A DNA stretch of 41,951 bases, from sequence record DRR723986_6593. One strand, given 5' to 3'. The notes under the pieces were generated by a model. The model did no database searches. It was not told the DNA's origin and was given only the letters and a program-made list of their open reading frames with translations. The translations under genes and the position numbers were made by a program. Each line of letters begins with the position of its first letter. The stretch's first letter is position 1. This document shows positions 1 to 9,351 of the stretch, piece after piece.

Positions 1-2
1 GA

Positions 3-170
3 ATTTTCGAAAAATTATACAGAGTTCCGACCGGTGATGTACACAATGTAAAAGGATTTGGTTTGGGACTTAGTTATGCCAATGCAATAGTTGGTTTGCA
101 TAATGGTACGATAGAAATTGAAAGTGAAGAGGGGATGGGTTCAACTTTTAAAATACAACTAGAAAAATGA
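3..170 (+). CDS. Sensor histidine kinase, C-terminal HATPase_c fragment (5' truncated; RprX-like)
   Basis: Frame 3 reads [55 protein letters not shown], with F box and G2 box (GFGLGL). The stop overlaps the response-regulator ATG (ATGA, 167-170). Confidence 0.92.
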   Translation: MFEKLYRVPTGDVHNVKGFGLGLSYANAIVGLHNGTIEIESEEGMGSTFKIQLEK

Positions 171-853
171 GCGACAAAGTAAAAATATTATTGGCTGAAG
201 ATGACACCAATTTGGGCATGTTACTCTCAAATTATTTAAAGGCAAAGAATTTTGATGTTACCCTGTGTGTAGATGGGGAAATTGCCTTAAGACGCTTTAA
301 AGAACAGTTGTTCGATTTTATTATTCTTGATGTGATGATGCCGGTAAAAGATGGGTTCACCGTAGCTAAAGAAATTCGGTCAGTAGATACTGAAATTCCG
401 ATTTTATTTCTGACGGCTAAATCTATGAAAGAAGATAAGTTGACCGGTTTTGAAGCTGGAGGAGATGACTATTTGACGAAGCCATTTTCAATGGAAGAGT
501 TGTTGGCACGTATCAATGCTATTTTGAAAAGATCCTACAAAGAAGGAAAGAAAGAAACTGTATTTTCTGTAGGTGATGTACAGTACGATTATCTTCAACA
601 GTCCATTATCATTAAAGCGGATACCAAAAAATTGACAACTAAAGAAAACGAGTTATTCTATTTGTTGGTGAAGCAAGATGGTGAAGTGTTGGATAGAAAT
701 GAAGCCTTGAATCACGTTTGGGGTGATGATAATTATTTCAATGGACGTAGCATGGATGTTTACATTACCAAATTGAGAAAGTATTTATCGGATTCAGAAA
801 AAGTTGAAATCATAAATGTTCACGGAAAAGGATTTAGGCTCCTTGTAAAATAA
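167..853 (+). CDS. rprY: OmpR/PhoB-family response regulator (RprY-like)
   Basis: Receiver motifs LLAEDD, LDVMMP, FLTAK and DDYLTKPF; winged-helix C-terminus with the RprY-type [21 protein letters not shown] and NVHGKGF. Confidence 0.88.
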   Translation: MSDKVKILLAEDDTNLGMLLSNYLKAKNFDVTLCVDGEIALRRFKEQLFDFIILDVMMPVKDGFTVAKEIRSVDTEIPILFLTAKSMKEDKLTGFEAGGDDYLTKPFSMEELLARINAILKRSYKEGKKETVFSVGDVQYDYLQQSIIIKADTKKLTTKENELFYLLVKQDGEVLDRNEALNHVWGDDNYFNGRSMDVYITKLRKYLSDSEKVEIINVHGKGFRLLVK

Positions 854-868
854 TTCTTGAAATCCTGT

Positions 869-876
869 TAATTTTG
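869..876 (+). promoter_or_regulatory. Bacteroidota primary-sigma -7 element upstream of menD
   Basis: TAATTTTG matches TAnnTTTG and ends 4 nt before the ATG at 881. Confidence 0.65.
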
Positions 877-880
877 TACC

Positions 881-2575
881 ATGCGTTCAACAGATAAACG
901 TCAGGTAGCAATTTTGGCAGAGCATTGCTATCAAGCAGGGGTAGAGGAAATAGTAATTTCTCCGGGCTCTAGAAATGCCCCGTTAATTATTGCTTTTCAG
1001 GCTCACCCTAAAATTCAATGTTATTTGATTCATGATGAACGCGCTGCTGCCTTTTTTGCTTTAGGCTTGGCGCAAGCTAAAAATAAACCAGTTGCACTGA
1101 CCTGTACATCTGGGTCGGCCTTGTTAAATTATGCACCCGCAGTTGCTGAAGCATATTATCGACAAATTCCATTGTTAGTATTGTCTGCTGACCGACCAGT
1201 TGAGTTGATCGATCAAGGTGATGGGCAGACCATGCGACAGTCAAATGTTTACAGTAATTACATTAAAAAATCTGTTGACCTAGCCAATCATGATCAGGAC
1301 AATCAGGTTGAGCAATCGGTAAAACAAATTCAAAAAGGATTTAGTGAATTGGTTAATGAACCGAAAGGTCCAGTTCATATTAATGTTCCGCTTGCCGAAC
1401 CCTTATATAATGAGGTAGAAATAGAACCTATAAAACATTTAGAAATTTCTGAATGCCCTAAACATGAGCTGAATACATCTGAAATAGAAACGATAACAAA
1501 TGCTTGGAAAAGCTCAGAAAAAAAGTTAGTCATCATTGGACAGACTTTTCCTGACCCAGGATTTGAGCAATTAATTTTAAAATTGTCCGAAGATCCTTCA
1601 GTAGCAATTCTCGTAGAGAATACATCAAATGTGCAACATTTTCCAAAAGTTGTACATTCTATAGATAGAACATTAGCCAATATTAATGAAGATGAAGTAA
1701 AAGATTTTCAGCCCGATTTATTAGTCAGTTTTGGAGGTGCCATTATTTCTAAACGAATTAAATCCTTGCTCAGAAAGGGGAGTCCAACTTATAATTGGCG
1801 TGTGGGGGAGTTTTTGATTCAAGAAGATACCTATCAAAGTTTAACTTGCGCATATCCAGTGCAGCCTTCTGTATTTTTGGATGTTTTATTAAAATGCCCT
1901 GTGACTAACTTGAGCAATTACGGAGGTAAATGGAAGCAGAAAGATTTCCTTGCGCAAGATGTTCATCAGAGTTATTTGTCACAGTTGTATTATTCCGATT
2001 TGAAGGTGTTTGAATTTATTTTAGATGCATTACCCGAATCAATCAACTTACATATGGGTAATAGTTCTGTGGTGAGGTACTGTCAGCTGTTTAATCCCGT
2101 AAAATCGTTTAACTATTTCTCTAACAGAGGATTGAGTGGGATTGATGGCTCGACTAGCACAGCTGCTGGTCATTCAATTTATGAAAATGAAAAGTTGAAC
2201 CTTTTGATTTCGGGAGACACGTCATTTTTCTATGATTCAAATGCGTTATGGAATCCTTATTTGAAGGGGAATTTCAAAATTATCGTTATTCGTAATGGTG
2301 GTGGCGGTATATTTCAAATTATTGATGGTCCAACAAAATCAGAAAGGTCAGAGACATTTTTCGCACCTTTCGAAGCTTCCGTAAAAGGGATTTGTGCCGC
2401 TTATGACGTAAATTATCTTTTTGCAAATGATCTTGAATCTATTGAAAACGTATTTTATCAATTCATGGAGCGATCAGAGAATGACCGCCCAACGGTTTTA
2501 GAAATCGACACCAAAGACTGCAAAAACGGAGAGGCATTAAAAGGCTACTTTGAAGCAATAGCTGAGCGCGGTTGA
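881..2575 (+). CDS. menD: SEPHCHC synthase (menaquinone biosynthesis, ThDP-dependent)
   Basis: SPGSRNAPL, HDERAAAFFALG, CTSGSA, LSADRP, GPVHINVP, NRGLSGIDGSTSTA and the ThDP motif GDTSFFYDSN...NGGGGIF. Confidence 0.96.
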   Translation: MRSTDKRQVAILAEHCYQAGVEEIVISPGSRNAPLIIAFQAHPKIQCYLIHDERAAAFFALGLAQAKNKPVALTCTSGSALLNYAPAVAEAYYRQIPLLVLSADRPVELIDQGDGQTMRQSNVYSNYIKKSVDLANHDQDNQVEQSVKQIQKGFSELVNEPKGPVHINVPLAEPLYNEVEIEPIKHLEISECPKHELNTSEIETITNAWKSSEKKLVIIGQTFPDPGFEQLILKLSEDPSVAILVENTSNVQHFPKVVHSIDRTLANINEDEVKDFQPDLLVSFGGAIISKRIKSLLRKGSPTYNWRVGEFLIQEDTYQSLTCAYPVQPSVFLDVLLKCPVTNLSNYGGKWKQKDFLAQDVHQSYLSQLYYSDLKVFEFILDALPESINLHMGNSSVVRYCQLFNPVKSFNYFSNRGLSGIDGSTSTAAGHSIYENEKLNLLISGDTSFFYDSNALWNPYLKGNFKIIVIRNGGGGIFQIIDGPTKSERSETFFAPFEASVKGICAAYDVNYLFANDLESIENVFYQFMERSENDRPTVLEIDTKDCKNGEALKGYFEAIAERG

Positions 2576-2584
2576 TTGCATATC

Positions 2585-2609
2585 CCAACCTTTTTCGGTA
2601 ACTTGCGTT
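2585..2609 (+). promoter_or_regulatory. Putative ECF-type promoter CCAAC-N16-CGTT
   Basis: CCAAC 2585-2589, 16-nt spacer, CGTT 2606-2609, about 40 nt upstream of ATG 2649. The same geometry occurs at 4587-4611. It overlaps a weak TAACTTGC -7-like element. Confidence 0.5.
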
Positions 2610-2648
2610 TACTCAAATACTATAAAAACCTTATTTAAACCTATTACC

Positions 2649-4508
2649 ATGAAAAGAATCTTACTCTCTTTGCTTGCTTTAAGTGCAGTTTCAAGTTTCG
2701 GTCAAATGACCATGGCAGGAGCGGCAACTCCTTTTGGAGGATCATGTAATTGTTATGAATTAACTTCAACGACTAACCAAGCAGGTGCTATTTGGAGTCC
2801 TGATCCAATTGATTTGACCAATGGGTTTGACATGACTTTCAAAGTTTATTTAGGTACGGCCAATGGTGGCGCAGATGGAATGACCTTTGTTTTGCAGCAA
2901 AACCCAGATGGATTGGGCTTGTTAGGTCATGGTTTAGGTTACAAAACACCATCTCCAAATCCAAATCCGATTAGTGCACAGTCGTTGGCAATTGAGTTAG
3001 ATACGTGGAATAGCGGCGTTTCTGCTCCTGGCGATATTGGAGATGATCATATTGCGATCAACGAAAACGGATCTGTTTCTCATAACGTTCAGGCACCTCA
3101 AACTTTTCCAGGGGCCATAAATATCGAAGATGGAAATTATCATGATTTTAGAGTAGTTTACATTGATGCCATCAAGACCCTTTATGTTTATTGGGATGGA
3201 AATGCATCTCCTTTGGTGACTTATTTTAACCCAACTTTTATAAATGATCATTTTTCTGGAAATCCCAATGTATATTTTGGTTTTACCGCAGGAACTGGTG
3301 GTGCTTGGAATGCACATAGAGTTTGTGCTTACGGAGCTGCAACTTTCACGACTGATTTAAGTTCTGTATGTCCAGGAACTCCTATTCAATTTACAGATGG
3401 ATCTTCAAGTGATACACAAATATTATCTGATTGGTCTTGGGATTTTGGAGACGGTTCTCCTTTGAATACTACTCAAAGTCCTTCATATACTTACACAACA
3501 CCTGGAAACTATACAGCAGAATTAACAATGACTGACGGATTTGGTTGTGATTATCAGGCTACCACTCCTATTACAGTTCTTCCAGATTTGCTATTGGATA
3601 TGGATTCAACAGATGTTACTTGTTTTGGAGATATGGATGGAGTAGGTGTTGCAACATCTACAAATGGGTCAAGTCCTTATTCTTATCAATGGAATGATGG
3701 AAGTTCTCAAACTTCACAAACGGCATCAGGATTAACTCCTGGAGTTTATACAGTAACTGTTACAGATGCATTGGGTTGTACTGGAACAGATTCTATAACA
3801 ATCGTTGAACCTTTAGAATTTACGGTGGATGTAACGGGTAATGATATCGTGTGTTATGGTGATAGTACAGGAGATGCAACAGCCAACTTAACGAATGGAA
3901 TTGCGCCTTTCACTTACAGCTGGAATGATTATTTAAGTCAAACAACAGCAACAGCAAGCAATTTATTTGCTGGCTCGTATACGGTAACTGTGACTGACGA
4001 TAAAGGTTGTGTTGCATCAAATTCAATCAGTTTAACCGAGGGGCCAGAAATCGTGGTAACAGGAGTTACAACGCCTGATGACGGTTCATCAAATGGTACG
4101 ATTGATATCACTGCAACTGGTGGTGTGCCTCCACTTTCATACAGTTGGGGAGCGGTAGGGTCTACTGAAGATTTAACCGATTTGGCAGCTGGAACCTATC
4201 AAGTAACAGTAACAGATGATAATGGATGTGAGAAAAAAGTAATTTTCGAAGTGGGTTCATCTGTTGGTTTTGAATCTTTTTCTGAAATTAATTTTAATGT
4301 TTATCCGAATCCAGCAACAGATCATTTTGTGGTTGAAGGAATCGGTGATTTCAACCTTCAAATCCTTGATATGAGTGGTCAATTAATCTATGCAGGCATA
4401 CATTCTGATTTTGTGAATATTGACAGAAACTCAATGGAGTCAGGTCTTTACATGATTGTCTTAGAGGTAGAAGGTCAAAAATTCGTTGAAAAGTTGATTT
4501 TAAAGTAG
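2649..4508 (+). CDS. T9SS cargo: L-type (ConA-like) lectin domain + PKD + SprB repeats + type A CTD
   Basis: Signal peptide ending FG/Q; lectin motifs GADGMTFVLQ, LAIELDTW and VYFGFTAGTGG; PKD WDFGDGS; SprB-like repeats (YQW...GVYTVTVTDALGC); CTD VYPNPATD...KLILK. Confidence 0.88.
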   Translation: MKRILLSLLALSAVSSFGQMTMAGAATPFGGSCNCYELTSTTNQAGAIWSPDPIDLTNGFDMTFKVYLGTANGGADGMTFVLQQNPDGLGLLGHGLGYKTPSPNPNPISAQSLAIELDTWNSGVSAPGDIGDDHIAINENGSVSHNVQAPQTFPGAINIEDGNYHDFRVVYIDAIKTLYVYWDGNASPLVTYFNPTFINDHFSGNPNVYFGFTAGTGGAWNAHRVCAYGAATFTTDLSSVCPGTPIQFTDGSSSDTQILSDWSWDFGDGSPLNTTQSPSYTYTTPGNYTAELTMTDGFGCDYQATTPITVLPDLLLDMDSTDVTCFGDMDGVGVATSTNGSSPYSYQWNDGSSQTSQTASGLTPGVYTVTVTDALGCTGTDSITIVEPLEFTVDVTGNDIVCYGDSTGDATANLTNGIAPFTYSWNDYLSQTTATASNLFAGSYTVTVTDDKGCVASNSISLTEGPEIVVTGVTTPDDGSSNGTIDITATGGVPPLSYSWGAVGSTEDLTDLAAGTYQVTVTDDNGCEKKVIFEVGSSVGFESFSEINFNVYPNPATDHFVVEGIGDFNLQILDMSGQLIYAGIHSDFVNIDRNSMESGLYMIVLEVEGQKFVEKLILK

Positions 4509-4542
4509 ACTAAAAAGGTAGATTTCTGGGGTACTTCGGAAT

Positions 4543-4575
4543 ATTGTTAGGATTCAAAGAATCCGCAGTTTTATT
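4543..4575 (+). terminator. Possible weak intrinsic terminator after the lectin gene
   Basis: GGATTC-AAA-GAATCC (4550-4564), extendable by G-U pairs and followed by T-rich sequence. Confidence 0.3.
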
Positions 4576-4586
4576 TGATTTTTAAA

Positions 4587-4611
4587 GCAACCAGTTACTC
4601 TTAGGAACGTT
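4587..4611 (+). promoter_or_regulatory. Putative ECF-type promoter GCAAC-N16-CGTT
   Basis: GCAAC 4587-4591, 16-nt spacer, CGTT 4608-4611. Confidence 0.55.
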
Positions 4612-4631
4612 AATATTTCAAGAAAATGTTT

Positions 4632-4663
4632 TAGTTTTGTTAAATCATTGTGAATCAATGATT
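4632..4663 (+). promoter_or_regulatory. Primary-sigma -7 element followed by a perfect 8-bp inverted repeat (operator or 5' hairpin)
   Basis: TAGTTTTG 4632-4639; AATCATTG-TGAAT-CAATGATT 4643-4663. Confidence 0.55.
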
Positions 4664-4738
4664 GCTACTACTTCTACAAATTCTCTCGAAAAACGAAATT
4701 AAGCACTGGCTAGTGCTGAAAAAATTAAAAACAAGAAA

Positions 4739-7700
4739 ATGAAAAAAATTCTTGGTATTGCTACTTTGTTATTGGGATCAATGATGGTTCAAGCGCAAAG
4801 TACTCCAGTAGTAATGAATGCTGCAACTGATGGCACAACTGTTAATACTTGTCTTGGAGGATTGTTTGATTCTGGTGGAACAGCTGCCGCAGCTCCATAC
4901 AGTAATAATGAAAGTTATGTTGTAACTGTTTGTCCAGACGTTCCTGGAGATTACATGACGATATTGTTTACAATTTTCAATTTAGATTGTACAGATAACA
5001 TTCCTGGACCAGGTTCAGATGCTGATAACATTACGATTTATGATGGAAACAGTACGGCTGCGCCTACATTAGGTACTTATACTTGTGGACAGTTAGCTGC
5101 AGGTTCACTTTTTTCTGCTACTAATCTTAATCCGACTGGCTGTTTAACAATTGAATGGAATTCTAATGCCAACGGAACTGGAGACTTTAATGCTACACTT
5201 TCTTGTGAAACACCATGTGATCCACCAACTTCGGCTGGTGAAATCGTAAATGGTGATGCTCCTGACTCAACAGCTGTTTGTATAGGAGAACAAGTTACTT
5301 TTCAAGATGCTGGGTCAACACCTGGCCCTTCAGGATTATTCACAATTCAACAATGGGTTTGGCATTGGTTTGACGGTTCACCAGATGATACTTTAAATAA
5401 TCCGGGTCAAGTAAATCATACATTTACTCAGCCAGGACAGTATGTGGTACAATTAGAGACAATTGATGATAACGGTTGTTCAAATACCAATGCTACCGAT
5501 ATTCAAGTATTCGTTGCTACTTATCCAACTTTTGATCCATTCCCTTTAGATACTGTCCTTTGTGATGGTGAACAGGTTACTTTAACAGCGCAGCCTGATG
5601 CTTATGAAGTGCAATGGTCTGGTTTCCCATTGAGTGTTCAAGATGATGATAACTGTATGGTGGATACCCAAATTGGAGTTGCTCAAAATACACCAATGAC
5701 GATAACAGGTTATGATTCAAATATTTCGTTGAACAGTGCAAACCCAGATGTATTTAGTATTTGTTTAGATATTGAGCACTCTTTCTTAGGGGATTTCGTT
5801 TTACAAGTGCAATGTCCAACAGGGGCGATTATGACTTTACACCAACAAGGTGGCGGTGGAACAAATTTAGGTGATCCTGATCAAGGACAGATTGACTGTG
5901 CTGACCCAAGTACTTTCGGAAATCCTTGGAATTATTGTTTTACACCTACAGCAACTGATACATGGGTAGATGCTGTAGCGAATGGTGCAGCTATTCCAAA
6001 TGCAACTGGAGGTCAATCTTTACCAGCTGGAAATTATGCGCCCGTAGATCCTTTAGGTTTTGCAGCTCTTGATGGTTGTCCAATTAACGGACAATGGACA
6101 TTGATATTTATTGATAACTGGGGAGGTGATGACGGTTCTATTCCGGGCTGGTCAATTAACTTCGACCCAGCTTTGAACCCACCGGTAACTGTATTTACTC
6201 CAGACATTGGTGCTGGAGCTGATTCATCTTGGTGGGATTTAACAACTCCTGGTATTATTGCGAATACCCCTGATGGTAACTCAATTACTGTTCAGCCATC
6301 TCCAGGAGTTTATAACTATACGTATAACGTTGTAAACAACTTTGGTTGTGCGCATGATTCTTCGGTACAAGTTACAGTAACTGCTAATGCACCAATTGAT
6401 GCCGGATTAGATACTGCTCTTTGTAATGGATTAGCAGGGGTAGTTATTGGACCATCATCAGTTTCAGCGTCATGTGATTATACATTAGACCTATTTGATT
6501 CTTTCGGTGACGGCTGGAATGGAAATACGATTACGATTACAGTAAACGGTGTTCCTACAAACTATACAATTAATGCTGGTTCAGCAGCCTCATTTACAAT
6601 TCCTGTAAATCATGGTGACGTTATTGATCTTACTTGGAATGCAACAGGTTCGTGGCAAAGTGAATGCGAGATCACATTTATAGATGCAGACGGTAACATT
6701 ATACATCAAGACGGACAAAATGGAGCAACCCCAAGTACCAATACTTTCTCATTCACGGGAGATTGTTTGGGAGGTTTAACGTATTCTTGGACTCCGGCTG
6801 CGACACTAAACGATCCAAGTATTCCTAATCCAACTGCAAATCCGGTTGGGACAACGACATATACTGTGACTGCATTCCCAGTTGGTCATCCAGATTGTGC
6901 GGTTACTGATGATATTACGGTATCTATTGGTGGTGGTCTTGATACGGGTACTGATAGTACGGCTATGTTCTGTTTAGCTGATGCTCCGGCAGATTTATAT
7001 GGATGGTTAGGTGGAACTCCACAACCAGGTGGAACTTGGTATGACGCTACGGGAGCAGTATTCCCTATGCCATTAGATCCTGCTACGGCAACTCCAGGAC
7101 TGTATGAATACAGAAAAGACAGTGCCGGATGTAGTTCGTCATCATTCATAGATGTTCAGATTTTCCAAACTACTGTGACTGCTACCATTTTAGAATCTGA
7201 TTGTCAAGCAATGAACGGAGAAGTTACGATAACCGTTACATCAGGTATTAATCCTGTACAATACAGTATTGATGGAGGAGCATTACAAGCGAATAATGTA
7301 TTCACTGGATTAGGTGGAGGAACACTATATACTTTCTTAATTGAAGATTCTTTAGGTTGTCAGGCAACTTTTGATACGACCGTGATAGATATTAATGTAC
7401 CAACATTAGATCTTGTAACGCCAGTTGATGCCTCTTGTTTTGGAGTATGTGATGGTACTGTAGACTTACAGGCTACGAATGTGACTCAATTTTCAATTGA
7501 TAATGGTGTTAACTTTCAGCCAACAGGTAATTTTACTGGACTATGCACAGGTACTTATGATGTTATTGTAGATAACGGATTTGGTTGTACGGATGCAGGA
7601 ACGTTTACCATTAATGAGCCTCCAGTATTAAGTATTACCTCTATTTCTCCGGATGTTGTTTTATGTCCTGGTGAAATTGCCACGGCAACGGTAACTGGTC

Positions 7701-8674
7701 AAAACGGAATAGGAAATGTTGAGTTTACATGGGAGTCTAACGGTACTGTTTTAGGAACAGGAACACCATTGGATATTACTGCGACAGGTGCAATGCTAGT
7801 TTGTGTGACTATGTCAGATGATTGTCCAACAACCGATAATGCTTGTTTCAATATTACCGAGCCTACACCAGCAGTTCCAGCAATGGGTGCGACTGTGGTA
7901 AGTGGATGTGATCCGTTAATTGTGAAATTTGGTAATAATACCAATGTTCCTTTGGCTTCAACTACTTGGATATTTTCTGATGGATCGTCAATTACTGTGA
8001 ACGGTAGTGACTCTGTTCAACACATATTTGACGGAGCAGGATTGTATGATGTGACAATGGAGGTTACAACGCAGGACGGATGTTTTGCAACATTAACAAA
8101 TACGAATTATATAGAAGTCTTTGAATTACCTGAAGCGAATTTCAATTGGGGACCAATTCCTGCAACTATCTATGATACTGAGATAAACTTTACCAATTAC
8201 TCTTCTGATGACGTAACAACTTGGAACTGGGTATTTGGTTCAGGACCGAATCCAGGCTCATCATCTGCAGAGAATCCAACCGTGGCATACCCTGAAGGAA
8301 TTCCTGGAGAATATCCATTCACTTTAACAGTATTAAATGATAATGGATGTATGGATAGTTTATCAGCCCAAGTAAGTATTGTGAATGATGTGGTTATTTA
8401 TGCTCCAAGTGTATTTACTCCTGATGGTGATGAGCTTAACCAAACTTGGTATGTACACATTTCAGGAATTGACATTTATGACTTCCATTTAACCATGTTC
8501 AACCGTTGGGGAGAACCGGTTTGGGAATCATACAACCAAATTGCTGGATGGAACGGACAATACGGAGGCGGAGGTCTTGTTCAAGATGGTACTTATGTTT
8601 GGGTGATAGAAGCTAAAGACAGCTACAATGACAAAAAGTATGAATTTAGAGGTCATGTAACTGTATTGAAATAA
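4739..8674 (+). CDS. Large T9SS surface protein: CUB-like, PKD, proprotein-convertase P-like, SprB-like repeats, type B (gliding-motility/CHU_C) CTD
   Basis: Signal peptide AQA/Q; CUB-like LFDSGG...ITIYDG; P-domain-like EHSFLGDF...NGQWTL..DNWGGDDG; DSFGDGWNG module; CTD YAPSVFTPDGDELN...FNRWGE...WNG...GTYVW. Confidence 0.88.
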   Translation: MKKILGIATLLLGSMMVQAQSTPVVMNAATDGTTVNTCLGGLFDSGGTAAAAPYSNNESYVVTVCPDVPGDYMTILFTIFNLDCTDNIPGPGSDADNITIYDGNSTAAPTLGTYTCGQLAAGSLFSATNLNPTGCLTIEWNSNANGTGDFNATLSCETPCDPPTSAGEIVNGDAPDSTAVCIGEQVTFQDAGSTPGPSGLFTIQQWVWHWFDGSPDDTLNNPGQVNHTFTQPGQYVVQLETIDDNGCSNTNATDIQVFVATYPTFDPFPLDTVLCDGEQVTLTAQPDAYEVQWSGFPLSVQDDDNCMVDTQIGVAQNTPMTITGYDSNISLNSANPDVFSICLDIEHSFLGDFVLQVQCPTGAIMTLHQQGGGGTNLGDPDQGQIDCADPSTFGNPWNYCFTPTATDTWVDAVANGAAIPNATGGQSLPAGNYAPVDPLGFAALDGCPINGQWTLIFIDNWGGDDGSIPGWSINFDPALNPPVTVFTPDIGAGADSSWWDLTTPGIIANTPDGNSITVQPSPGVYNYTYNVVNNFGCAHDSSVQVTVTANAPIDAGLDTALCNGLAGVVIGPSSVSASCDYTLDLFDSFGDGWNGNTITITVNGVPTNYTINAGSAASFTIPVNHGDVIDLTWNATGSWQSECEITFIDADGNIIHQDGQNGATPSTNTFSFTGDCLGGLTYSWTPAATLNDPSIPNPTANPVGTTTYTVTAFPVGHPDCAVTDDITVSIGGGLDTGTDSTAMFCLADAPADLYGWLGGTPQPGGTWYDATGAVFPMPLDPATATPGLYEYRKDSAGCSSSSFIDVQIFQTTVTATILESDCQAMNGEVTITVTSGINPVQYSIDGGALQANNVFTGLGGGTLYTFLIEDSLGCQATFDTTVIDINVPTLDLVTPVDASCFGVCDGTVDLQATNVTQFSIDNGVNFQPTGNFTGLCTGTYDVIVDNGFGCTDAGTFTINEPPVLSITSISPDVVLCPGEIATATVTGQNGIGNVEFTWESNGTVLGTGTPLDITATGAMLVCVTMSDDCPTTDNACFNITEPTPAVPAMGATVVSGCDPLIVKFGNNTNVPLASTTWIFSDGSSITVNGSDSVQHIFDGAGLYDVTMEVTTQDGCFATLTNTNYIEVFELPEANFNWGPIPATIYDTEINFTNYSSDDVTTWNWVFGSGPNPGSSSAENPTVAYPEGIPGEYPFTLTVLNDNGCMDSLSAQVSIVNDVVIYAPSVFTPDGDELNQTWYVHISGIDIYDFHLTMFNRWGEPVWESYNQIAGWNGQYGGGGLVQDGTYVWVIEAKDSYNDKKYEFRGHVTVLK

Positions 8675-8693
8675 AAAGAATTCAAAAAAATGT

Positions 8694-8727
8694 AATCCCG
8701 TTACGCATTGGCGTGACGGGATTTTTT
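8694..8727 (+). terminator. Intrinsic terminator
   Basis: AATCCCGTTACGC-ATTG-GCGTGACGGGATT followed by a T tract, 20 nt after the stop at 8674. Confidence 0.85.
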
Positions 8728-8734
8728 ATTTTTG
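8727..8734 (+). promoter_or_regulatory. Primary-sigma -7 element for the 8749 gene, abutting the terminator T tract
   Basis: TATTTTTG, 14 nt upstream of the ATG. Confidence 0.55.
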
Positions 8735-8748
8735 TGCCTGAATAAGTT

Positions 8749-9351
8749 ATGCCAAAATTAATAGGAGATCGAATTAGTACTGAAGACCACGAGAAGTCTA
8801 CTACTGTAGTTATCACCCCTAAAAGAGTTTTATGGAAAGAAGTGTTGCTCATCTCATGGGTGGTGGCTTTTACTTTCACGGGCTTTTACTTCATTTATTT
8901 GCTCTTCTTTGGTGGAATTGATGAACTTGAGACAGGAGTTAATTTTGACCAATCGGTAAGAGATCAACAACTCATTTATCTCACTATTTTAATAGCTTTT
9001 TGGGGTTACTTTGAATACTTAACGGTGAAAGCTGTGTTGTGGAATCTTTTCGGAAAAGAATTGATCATGATAGATACAGAGGCCTTATCTGTCAAGAAAT
9101 CTATTCTCGGATATGGAAAAGCAAATCGGTATTTCTTTGATAACATTAAAAAATTCAGATACGAAAAACCTGACAGCACTTCGTTAAACACTTTTCTGGA
9201 TAATGCGTATTGGAGCTCAGGGTCTGAGGTTTTTAAGTTAGAGTACTTAGGCAAAAACAAAAGCTTTGGTAAAAAAGTTGAAGAGAAAGAGGCCAATTTA
9301 TTATTACGATTTTTAAATGATCGAATAAAAAAATGGCGCAAGAAGGCTTAA
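8749..9351 (+). CDS. Hypothetical membrane protein (2 predicted TM helices, basic C-terminal domain)
   Basis: 200-aa ORF with its own promoter; hydrophobic segments VLLISWVVAFTFTGFYFIYLLFF and LIYLTILIAFWGYF. The stop overlaps that of the convergent gene. Confidence 0.75.
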   Translation: MPKLIGDRISTEDHEKSTTVVITPKRVLWKEVLLISWVVAFTFTGFYFIYLLFFGGIDELETGVNFDQSVRDQQLIYLTILIAFWGYFEYLTVKAVLWNLFGKELIMIDTEALSVKKSILGYGKANRYFFDNIKKFRYEKPDSTSLNTFLDNAYWSSGSEVFKLEYLGKNKSFGKKVEEKEANLLLRFLNDRIKKWRKKA

